Shown in pieces: positions 1-11,269 of a DNA stretch of 64,000 nt (position 1 is its first letter; every line of letters starts with the position of its first letter). Source of the stretch: Dimorphilus gyrociliatus (taxonomy: Eukaryota > Animalia > Annelida); assembly GCA_904063045.1 (NCBI GenBank), contig CAJFCJ010000018.1, positions 124,001-188,000 on the forward strand, written 5' to 3'. The notes under the pieces were generated by a model, which saw nothing but the letters and a program-made list of their open reading frames with translations, was not told the DNA's origin and did not search any database. A program made the translations under genes and the position numbers.

Positions 1-399
1 TAAACAATTTTTACGAAAAAATCTATCGATTGCGCCTGTCATAGAAATGCAATAGACTGCAATGATTTCTCCAATCTCCATATAAACTATAATTATTTTG
101 CGTGTTGTTTAACATGATATACATTCACAATATGTATAATGTATATACTGTATATGTTCACTTGTATAATTAAAAACAAAGAAACCTGCTAGGAACCTGG
201 AATGAATTAAATATGAATGTTTTCTTGATTACAATCATTTTTAAATAAATACCAGCTTTGTATTAAACTTTTTTCAATCTCATTACTCTACTTCAAAAGA
301 AAATCAAGCTAATTTCTATATTTCTCTCATAAAGAGATTTTACAAGTTGATGTTTCAATATATTTATATATAACAGTTTTGATCCGATAATAAGCTTAC

Positions 400-767
400 C
401 TATAGGTTAATGTTGTCAAGTAAGAGCATTGTGCACTCCAAAGAGGGGCCGTAATTAAACCCAAGAGAATAGCTGAGGGAAGTAAGACTTGATGTGATGG
501 AACTGAGGAAGATGTTGCATAAACCAATAGAAGGATACCGCTAATTGCCATCGTTTTTTTCAATCCAAAAGTCTTCAGAAGAAGGGGTACCAACAAACAT
601 GAAAAAACTGTTACTCCATGCAGAACACCTAAAGATGCTATACCCTCAGAGGATTTGTGGCCGTAATGGAGAATTTGAAGTAGGTCGAGTGCGGAATGGA
701 AAAGTAGGAAAGAGACAGATAGAATAAAGAGGTTGCATTTCGTTTGCCTTTGACAGCAACGCTTCAT
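400..767 (-). CDS. UNC-93-like MFS membrane protein, first coding exon (rest lies left of the window)
   Basis: ORF has UNC-93 motifs (G..SLGVLHG, LVPLLLKTFGLKKTM, SAILLGLITAPLWSAQCSYLT) and ends at donor AG|GTAAGC at 400/399. Confidence 0.8.
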
Positions 768-1955
768 CGTTACGAATGGAGAGAGAGAGTGTGTTTAGGT
801 TTAATGCGTTTTAGCGCCATCTCGCTGCCTTTATATAATTTACTTTTCTTTTCAGCAATCATTAAAATGACTGTATTTACGAATAATTAATACTATATTC
901 AAGCAGTAGTCTTCAAATATTGGTTCTTTACATTGATTTTTGTACTTAATTCTCAAAGTAACACAAATAACTCTGTTTACGTGAATATGTCTATGCATAA
1001 CTCCCGCCTCCTCTACTTTTTTAACCTTGTCGCGTCCTTTCTAGTCATTAAGTCTATCTTACCTTCGTGCTGGAGAGATCATTGAGCGAAGCATGGAAAA
1101 TTTTTACGTCTAAATCTTATCTGATTTATTTAACTAAAAAAGAGTAGATCTCTCAGTTTCCTAATTTTTTATCACTTTTTATATATAAAAGATTTTTAAA
1201 TTTCTTTAACAGATATTAGTTTATCTTTTTTTCGAATCTTGTCAATTTCTTGCATATTTTCCCTACAAAGTACTGCTAATCTCTATTTATCTCATCATCT
1301 CTGAAATTTCAAATAGCCAATTTTGAAAACTGAGTTGATAAGTTAATTTTATAGAACTAATGTTTAGAGTCTTTTTATCCTATACATTTTGTATTTTACA
1401 ATTAAATAATTAAGGGCATATTATTTATTTCTTACATTTTTCATATCATACGTATGAGATGTAGATTGTTTACTGAAGAATAACCTATTCAAAATCGTGT
1501 TTTTCCTCCTTTTCCTAATCTTCTGATTATCATTTCACCTCCCGTTACTACAAGGCAGAATGATCGAGTTTTTCCTTGTGTCAGATACGCCATCTAGTGA
1601 TTACTTCATATCGCAAAAATTCCAAACTCTTCCAAAGAATTTACATTTGAATAAGCAGAAGAAGGATAAGTAGAATACACAAAAAGCCAATATAGTGAGA
1701 AACTAATAGAATAATTCTTAAAATAAGATATAAAAGAGAGTTAAATAAAAACAATAATTCGTGTATATTATTGTTTATTTTCATATTTTAAGTCTATTTG
1801 ATAGTAATATCAAAGATTTATTCTACTGAAATGCTAAAAATTTGATTAGCGATTAATTATTGTCACTTTTTAATGAAAAGTAATATTTACAAATGACTTA
1901 CCCCTTTGTAATCTCTCAACGATCCAGACCTCTTTACTTTAAAAAGACTACTTAC

Positions 1956-2183
1956 CTTGCTTATTTGAGGAGACCTCAAATAGTTGTTTTCTCTTAAGAA
2001 GTATCATTAAATTTAAATATAGTGATAAATAAAAGACATTTCTTGAGAAAGAAGGTTTTCTATGGTTAATGGAATTAATGACAAAAGTGCCTTACCCTGA
2101 CCAGCCTCGGATGAAGGTAGCAATAACACAAGGATGAGCAAAGCTGAGCTTATTACCCAGTTGCTGAGGATCAGTCTTCTCAT
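1956..2183 (-). CDS. Putative small secreted or membrane protein: signal-peptide exon plus second exon, 3' end unresolved
   Basis: TATAAAAG on - strand at 2388-2381; UTR donor at 2261; ATG 2183 gives MRRLILSNWVISSALLILVLLLPSSEAGQ then G|GTAAGG at 2095; next exon 1990-1956 (ENNYLRSPQISK) ends AAG|GTAAGT. Confidence 0.5.
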
Positions 2184-2942
2184 AATTCCTTAGTCCAGCT
2201 GTATGTTATATAGAAGAAAAATATTAATTTCATCATTTCAATACTTGATATTACTCTTTACCCGGTGTAAATTTGCTTAATAAAGAAAGGATAAAAATAA
2301 GATAAGCAACAGAATCTTTCTATCTTTGACAACCAGATGGTCAAAGAAAGAAATTGATTCAATTCTGGTGTCTGCTAGAGCTTTTATACGAACTCACCGG
2401 CGCTTTGTATAAAGATGGTAACAGTTGGTAATTTTTGAATAACAACTTAATGATTTTGTCTATCAATGATGCATAAAACGTCATTCAATTCGATTCTTTG
2501 GAAGAATGATAACGTGTTAATCAAACTTGCTTGTTTGTAAACTAAACTGAATGTGGCCCTTAATATTTACATTTGCTGGAGGCAGCTTTTAACTACTTAA
2601 AACATTCAGTAATAAGTTTGATCTTTTAGATAAATCTTTCCTTTTCTGACATTTCTTTATTAAATCAACAAGTTTATGAATAGGATACCACGTGTTAGAA
2701 ATCCTTTTTTCCCTCAATCGCTTATCTAAATTATGCACGCATCATAGTAGCTAATTTAAAAAGAGATAATACTCTTTAAAGTGACATCAATAGATACTAT
2801 ATGTTAATTACGTATTTCTTTATTTTAATTAAAGCTGTTTTTGTTGTATATTTGGTAAATTTCCAAGTCGATATTTGTACTTAATTATTGGCAACAGAAA
2901 TTCGATGTTTCATTAGCATTAGGTGATTCCAGTTGATCGAAT

Positions 2943-5543
2943 ATGGTAAGATACAAAATTTTCTTTCAGTGAATGAATGCATACTTAATAAATTGTTTAA
3001 GAAGGACAGCAATAATCCGACAGCTAATAGAGGAGAATGGGGCGGTCAGTTAGAGTTTATTTTAACTTGTGTTGGTTATGCCGTTGGTTTGGGGAATGTA
3101 TGGAGATTCCCGTACCTTTGTTATAGGAATGGTGGAGGGGCTTTTCTTATTCCTTACGTTCTGATGTTAGCTTTGGTTGGATTGCCAATTTTCTTTATGG
3201 AATTGTCGTTCGGTCAATTTGCCAGTCTAGGTCCCATAGCTATCTGGAAGGCTAGCCCAGGTTTAAAGGGCCTTGGAATAGCAATGGTGCTTGTAGATCT
3301 ATTTGTAGCTCTATATTATAATGTTATTGTCGCTTGGTGCTTTTACTATACTTTCGCTTCAATGACACTCAGTCTACCGTGGAAAGATTGTAATAATTCT
3401 TGGAATACTAAACTTTGTATCGGACCAGATCTTTTACAAAATGAAACAGCTCTAAATCAAACTATGTACGAGGGTAATTTCACTAGAAGCGAAATGAAAA
3501 GTCCTAGCGAAGAATACTTTTAGTAAGAGAAACATTTGTTCTAATAAGAATAATTTACTCTTTTAATTATATATCAATTTTTCTCCAGTAACAAAGTTTT
3601 AAAAATTTCATCTGGAATAGAAGAAATTGGAGATGTAGACTGGCATCTTCTTCTCTGCCTGTTGGCCGCTTGGCTTGTTGTTTATTTAGTCTTAAGTAAA
3701 GGAATAGCTTCGTTAGGAAAAGTAGTTTACTTTACATCTACTTTTCCTTATGTCCTGTTGACGGCGATGTTAATTCGAGGAGTTACATTAGATGGTTCAA
3801 AAGAAGGAATTTTATACTACTTAAAACCCGATTTTTCAAAACTTTTAGAAGCAAATGTAACTGACACAACTTTAATTTAAAATTACTATTTAGAGAAACT
3901 ATACAATAACTTTATTTAATTTTGAATAGGTTTGGGCTGATGCTGCTGTTCAAATTTTCTTTTCGTTAAGTACGTGTACTGGTGGTCTTATTGCGATGGC
4001 TTCCTTTAATAAATTCCATAATAACTGTCTGAGGTAAAGAGATTATATAATTTTTAATTCAGCACATTTATTACCGGCAGTAGAAAATTTGATACAGCAC
4101 AAAGATGAATATTTAGAGTGTTCGATAAAGCACAGGTGTAGATGATTGATTACTCTACTTAGCCATCTTTTTATATGCTTTTAGTGCAGCACTTAATATG
4201 ATTTTCTTTTCATCGATAAATAGGCTATGGTAACATTTTTTTTCTTGGCAGAGATTCAATTATAGTGCCCTTAATAAATTGTTGTACTAGTTTTTATTCG
4301 GGATTTGTCATCTTTTCTGTCTTGGGTTTTATGGCAAAAGAAAAAGGTGTGAAAATAGAAGAAGTAGCTGCAGCGGGACCAGGCTTAGTATTTGTTGTCT
4401 ATCCTGAAGGTTTAACAAAAATGCCTGCATCTCCTGTCTGGTCCATCCTTTTCTTTTTTATGATGTTAAATTTGGGATTTAGTTCACAATTTTCTATGAT
4501 AGAGTGTGTTCTTTCAGCATGCATCGATGAATTTCCTCAGTTGAAGATGGGTAGACGGGAAACTTATTTCCGTATTGGTGCTTGCACACTTTTCTTTGGA
4601 GTAGGAGTTATCTTTGTTACAAATGTTAGTAAATATTACAAAACTAGAAAAAAAATCGGAAATTAATAATTACTTTTAATAAATAAAGGGTGGCTTTTAC
4701 GTCTTCAATCTAGTGGATAATTTCGTGGGTGGTTTTCCTCTGCTAATTGTAGGTCTACTTGAATGTGTTTGCCTGATGTATGTTTATGGTTATGAGAATT
4801 TTGTGGATGACATACATATAATGCTCGGAATAAAGCCCAACTGTTACTTCAAGTATACCTGGTGTTTTATATCTCCTTTAATATTACTCGTAAGTTTATT
4901 ATTTTTCAATACTTATGCACCAATTATAGTTAAGATAATAATAGGATATCGATTTACACATTTTTTCGTTACTCTTTTTGCAAGTTATAATGACAAGTTT
5001 TTTTTCGTGAATTCTAAATGATAGTCGAGAAGTAATCAAGATAAAAAATAAAGAGATTACTTGACTATCTATAGTACAAAAAGTAGATCATAATATATTT
5101 TGCTTTCATTTAGGCAATCACTATTTTTAAAGCTCTTCAACATGAACCACTGAGTTTGTTTGGACATTATGTCTATCCCAATTGGTCTATGAATTGTGGT
5201 TGGATCCTTGTAGCTTTCCAAATTTCCTTTATTCCACTAGTCTTTGTATTAATATTCATGAGAAATAATGGCTTCAAGGTATATGATTGGACAAAAAAAT
5301 TAAAATATGATAAGTAATAAAATATGACTTTTCATTTTCTATTTAAAGGTTCTGAAACATGTATTGAGTCCATCAAAGAATTGGCAACCTGCCCAACCTG
5401 AAAATAGGGTGGGGCGTTATTCAGCAAATATAGACGACCATGTTCCCATTGAGATAAGATTAGAGCCTATTAGTAAACAAGACAAAGATGTGATAAATAA
5501 AGAAGGCTTGTACAACGCTGGTTTCCATCCAGACAAATTTTAA
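2943..5543 (+). CDS. SLC6 Na+/Cl- dependent transporter, glycine/proline (GlyT/PROT)-like, copy 1
   Basis: [39 protein letters not shown] signature. Eight in-frame exons with GT-AG introns: 2943-2945, 3002-3522, 3589-3856, 3930-4033, 4252-4624, 4689-4889, 5114-5278, 5349-5543. Confidence 0.93.
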
Positions 5544-6146
5544 TAAATGATATTAATAAATGCTTTTCTTTTACCATTTCACTAAACCCAATAAATTACA
5601 TCCTTGAAATTCATTGAATAAAAATATTCAACACCATGTAATTTACTGTAAGCGCATTATGTCTTATACTGAGCACGTGTTAATAGTTCTCCAAGTTCAA
5701 CATATATGTCCTATCTGAAGACGAAAAAAAGATAACAAAAAAAAAGATATTCCTTATCATTGAAATGCAAAGTGCGGTAAAATTTATATAAAATATTCGT
5801 ATGTTTTCATAAGACTTTCCTCAGTTAAAAGAAATAGCTAAAGATTTATAAGCTATCTCATCATACAGATAACGTATAAACTGATTAAGAGAATTTTGCA
5901 GCTATCCTAAGTACAATAAAAGATGGATATAGTAGTATAAGGCAATACGATATATAAGATTTGTTAATCGGTTCTTTTATCATTTATAGAAACATATTTA
6001 TAGGTACACACAACTTTTTATCAGTTAATTCTTGTGCGATCATCGGAGCACATCAATTACGTCTTCTAATAGAATAACTGTATACTGCATGATAAATATA
6101 TGAAGGAACTTTTAAATAGGATTTTTAACTAAACTGAAGTTAGATT

Positions 6147-9093
6147 ATGGGAGCGAAAAAAGAAAATTCCACAGTTGTTGCTGAAAGTGATGATGGACAA
6201 GGTGAATCGCAAGCGAGAGGAGAGTGGGGTGGTCAATTAGAGTTTATTCTTACATGCGTTGGATATGCCGTAGGTCTGGGCAACGTATGGAGATTTCCAT
6301 ATCTTTGTTTTAAGCATGGAGGAGGTTTGTTTTCCTTGTATAGAAAATTTCGATTTAAAATCATTTTCTCTCTCCTATTTAGGATCTTTTCTCATTCCAT
6401 ATGGTAAGTTATAAGCAGTTGTTTATTAGTTTGATTGTAATTTTTTATCACAAAATTGTTTTTTTTACATTCTGTCTGAACAGTTCTTATGCTTTTATTT
6501 GTGGGTCTACCAATCTTTCTTTTTGAATTATCTCTGGGACAATTTGCTAGTCTTGGGCCTATTTCCATTTGGCAAGTAAACCCTCTATTTAAAGGTTTGA
6601 ACTTAGCTTTTGATAAGTAGTTGACTAATATTTTCAATTATTAGGCGTTGGTTATGGTATGATAGCAGTTTCATGGCTGATCAGTTTATATTATAATGTT
6701 ATCATTGCTTATGCATTATATTTCTTTTTCGCCTCAATGACAAACAATTTACCGTGGACTGATTGTAGTAACAGTTGGAATACAAGATTTTGTATAACTG
6801 CAAATATTAGCAGAGCAGAAAGTGGTAATTGGGACGATTATTTAATGAGTGAGTGTAACTTATTCATTTATTTCTTTTACTTTTTGTAAAAATTTTCCGT
6901 TCATTAAATTTGCATATAAAAAAAATCATTTCATTTCAATTTATCTTAGAAGTTGTAATATTCATTAAAGTAAGATAATGCACTTCGTTAAGTATACTAA
7001 TTTATCTCTGGTCTGATATCTCTATCTTAAGTGAAAGCCATGTGCAAAATTATTAAACTATTAGAAGCGTCATCTAGTGTTAAAAGATACTTGTGAGATA
7101 GTATTTATCTAAACAAAGTTGTCATATTTACAGGAAATAATATTAGTAATGTTTCTGATTTGAAAACACCAAGTGAAGAATATTTCTAGTAAGCTGATAA
7201 TTTCCTATGGGTTTAACACCAAGAAATATCTGATAAATGCATTTTATAACCATTACAGTAGGCATGTTTTGAAAATGAGCGATGGAATAGATGATATGGG
7301 TGGCATTGTATGGCAGTTAGCCCTATGTTTGTTATTGGCTTGGGTTATCGTTTTCTGCGTTCTTATCAAGGGTATTGCTTCTTTGGGAAAGGTGATTTAG
7401 CACGTATTTTTTGTTCTCTAAAGAAATACTGTAAATACCATCTTTTCAATTAGATTGTATATTTTACGTCAACGTTTCCTTATTTTATGATGACTGCTAT
7501 GATTGTCAGAGGAGCACTTTTAGACGGAGCTGGTGAAGGTGTAAAAAGTTATCTGAAACCGGATATAGAAAAGCTTAAAAATTCTGAAGTTTGGAGTGAT
7601 GCTGGTACTCAAATTTTCTATTCATTGTCAGCTTGTTCAGGGGGTTTAATTGCTATGGCATCTTATAATAAATTTAATAATAATGTCCTTCGAGATTCGT
7701 TGATAGTACCATTTATCAACTGTATGTATGATGATAAAATACTATATATAAAGAGTATGTTTAAATTGCAATATCTTAACGATTTTAGGTTTCACATCGA
7801 TATTTGCCGGATTTGCTATATTCTCTGTATTAGGTTTCATGGCTAAACTAAAAAATGTTCCCATTGAGCAAGTAGCTCAATCTGGACCTGGGTTAGTTTT
7901 TGTTGTTTATCCTGAAGGTTTGTCTCAAATGCCAGCACCCTACGTCTGGTCTCTTCTATTCTTCTTCATGATGATGATGCTTGGGTTTAGCTCCGAATTT
8001 TCCATTGCCGAAGCTGTTTTTGTAGCTCTTATGGATGAATTCCCACAATTACGAGCAAATAAATGGAGGCCTATAATGTTTCGAGGAGTATGTATGACAA
8101 TATTCTATCTAATTACATTGCCGATGGTGGCAAAAGGTGGTTTCTACTTGTTTTCCTTGGTCGATAATACAGTTAGTGGATTTCCATTGCTTATAATTGG
8201 CTTCTTTGAGTTGACATCAATTGTATGGATTTATGGTAAGACAATAGTTATATGTTATAAAGAACACTTTTAAATTTAAACTTTTCAACATCAGGCTATA
8301 ACAGATTTAAGGAAGATTACGCTATGATGTTAGGAAAGTATCCACCTTTATATTTCTTCCTTACTTGGTGTATAATAACTCCTCTTGCGTTAATTGTAAG
8401 TAAAAAAAACCCTTCACTAAAAACTTTTCAAAATAAGCTAATAACTTTGAACAGACCGTCACTGTGTTTAAAATCACTCAATACAAAAGTCCAACATTGT
8501 TTGATGGAAAATATACATATCCCAAGTGGGCCGAAGCTCTCAGTTGGTTAATCGTAGCTTTTACTTTAGTGTTTATGCCATGTTTCTGGATTTATCAAAT
8601 TCTAAAAAATGGTGCTTGGTCGGCGATAAAGAAGGCAGCATCTCCAACTCCACAATGGGGACCTCATGATGCAGTAGATAGAGAAGGAACAAGATACAAC
8701 ATCCCACAAGTTACTCTAAGACCTCATTCCAAAATCAGTTATAGTAACGATAGATCGTCAACGGCAAGTGTGTATGGCTATTCAAAAGCAGTCAGCATGA
8801 GCGATCCAAGAAATCAGGATTTTAGGAAAAGTCAACTTACAGATACGGTTGAATCAATCTATAGTAATCCTAATCAAACCAGCTCTTTTAGAAATGTGTC
8901 AAATCAAAATATTAATACTGTGATGGGACAAGAAATTCCATTGGGTACACAACTGCAGCATGCATATGACAATAAAGGACTTATTCCTTCAAATGAAGAG
9001 TATGCTCACACACTTTCGAACGAGGTTGTTCTCGATGCTGTTAAGGCTGCTGCGGAAAGTTCAAATAAAGCAAACTATCAACACGGATTTTAA
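6147..9093 (+). CDS. SLC6 Na+/Cl- dependent transporter, GlyT/PROT-like, copy 2 (long C-terminal tail)
   Basis: Same SLC6 signature. Ten exons: 6147-6324, 6383-6403, 6484-6594, 6645-6848, 7134-7188, 7259-7391, 7454-7721, 7789-8235, 8295-8395, 8455-9093. Confidence 0.93.
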
Positions 9094-9988
9094 TAACAAC
9101 TGACACTAGTTAATCAATCATTTATATTACAGTTTCCTCAATTGAAAACTGCTAGTTTTGTACATTTCGTGCAATGTTTAATACACAGATTAAAACTGTT
9201 AGTAAATTATTATCATTATTAATAACAATAGTGATAATAATATGAAATTATCAATGAAATGTTTAATTACACTAAATTTTTCATTTATATAATACTAAAT
9301 TTACATATCTACGTTGAATAAGTGCTGAAGATATTGGAGATAATAAAGTGAAATTTATTACGTAATCCAATCGCAAATAGTCAATCCCTCTTACTCTCTT
9401 CTCAGTTTTCCCCCCTCAAAGAAATGTAACAGCACAAAATCAAATTTTGAATACAGAAAGGAAACTTATAATCTTTTATAAAGCCATTAGCTATTCTAAA
9501 AAAAATGAAAGCTGAGCGTTCAATTCCAACATTATCTTACGTAAATATCGCTTGGGGTAATATAATTTTTAAACGATATTTGTTCATGTTGGCCGGCGCG
9601 CTATTCAATTAACCAACTTAATAGAATTACTCCACCTTCCCTGACGATTTTTAGTCTATTCGTCTTCTAATTTCAAGCAATTTTTTATCGGAAAAATCGA
9701 TGAACAACGGTAGAACTCAATCAAAATGTTTGAATGGCTTTATTGATGCAGGGATTTTGTGTTGCTTTATTTGCAGCGGGAAATAACCTAACTTTTAGTT
9801 TATTAAAGTGGTAACGACAAGACCTATTCAATCACTTAAATTTGTTCGTAGAAAGACACAGAAGGCTGTGATAAGGGAAAACTTATTTTTCCCTCTCTGT
9901 GTCTCTCTTCGTGTGTCTCTCTCTCTCGTACTTCGCAACCAACTTCTCGCAGAAATCTCAGTCAACAGAACTCTGAGGAGAAAATAAA

Positions 9989-11091
9989 ATGAGTTACACG
10001 AACAGAGATTTAGATCGGAGTTCCAGCTTTGAAGAGGAATCGTCCGGATTAAATCAGTTGCTGAAGAGATGTTGTGTTGGTGGAAAAGCTTTTTTTGACG
10101 CTCTAAAAGCGATGATCACAAGATTACTTTTTATTCTACATTCTTTAATTGCTATTTGGAGGGTGACTATAACAACTGGTCAACTGTACTGGTTAATGTG
10201 TCTTGTATTTTGCCTACTAATCATTGAAACAGGCATTGTTCTTTTTATAAGGAGAGGTCACGAATGGAAGTGGTTTACGCCAAGTGTTTTATTCTATCTA
10301 GCCGCAGTTGTGCCACCAATTTGGATGTTGGAATTAAACAAGTTGAACTATCATGAATCAAGATTGAATAATACATTATTCGCTTTTGATATTAATAAAG
10401 TAGTATAAATCTTTTAACTCTAACAATAATAATCTGATCACAACGAATTATTTAGAATAGCCTCAACTTTCTACCGCTAGCCATTTCGAATGATGATTGG
10501 GTACTAATCGTTGAGCAAGCTCTCTTGGTTCTCATCATTGTTTGTAGATGGCTTATGCCGAAAGGAGATTTGACTAGAGATCAGCTCTCTTCTTTACTCT
10601 TGATTTACCTTGGAACTGCATCGGATATCGTAGATTTTTTCACAGTTATGTCTGAAAAACAAATTGTTGAAGACAAGGGTTTTGTATATTGTATTCTCTT
10701 CATTTGGAGCTGGTCACTTTTCCAGTTCCCATTTACTGTAACGGCAACAAAGGATAACGAAACAGATGAAAATGAGGAAAATCAGCCGGACGAAAAGAAA
10801 GAAACACAACGAGAGAAATGCATGAAATATGTAGAAATATTTCTTGAGAGTGAAGCTTGGGGTATTATGATATCAGTTTTAATGCAAGATGGACCTTTTG
10901 TAATAATTCGTTTGATTGCAATATTTAAGTATAAAGTGTTTAACTACACTAACTGTTTTTTTGCTTGCAAGAATGCTCTGGTTTTAGCACTTCAACTATA
11001 TCGGCTAATCTCCCTTTACTGCGAAAAAAAAGAAAATAAAAAGAAAAAGGGAGAAAATAAAGCAAAGCTTGGCTACAACTTTTGTGATTAA
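9989..11091 (+). CDS. TMEM26: Transmembrane protein 26-like
   Basis: RLLFILHSLIAIWRV, RWLMPKGDLTRDQLSSLLLIYLGTASDIVDFF and QDGPFVIIRL motifs. Exons 9989-10399 and 10456-11091 join in frame. Confidence 0.88.
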
Positions 11092-11269
11092 TTATCTCAA
11101 ATATGGATTATATACTCGCGACAGATGGCGTTACAAGAAAATAAATCCGCCGGATAAATTATTTAATTATGTTTTTATCTGCTATACAACTTATGACATA
11201 CTTGAACAAAATAACATTTCATATTTGACATTATTTTTTATCATTTTAATATTTAAAAAACAAAATACC

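Noticed and set aside
1-95. Open minus-strand frame MEIGEIIAVYCISMTGAIDRFF at the window edge
   Set aside because: No UNC-93 similarity, no phase-compatible acceptor, truncated by the window.
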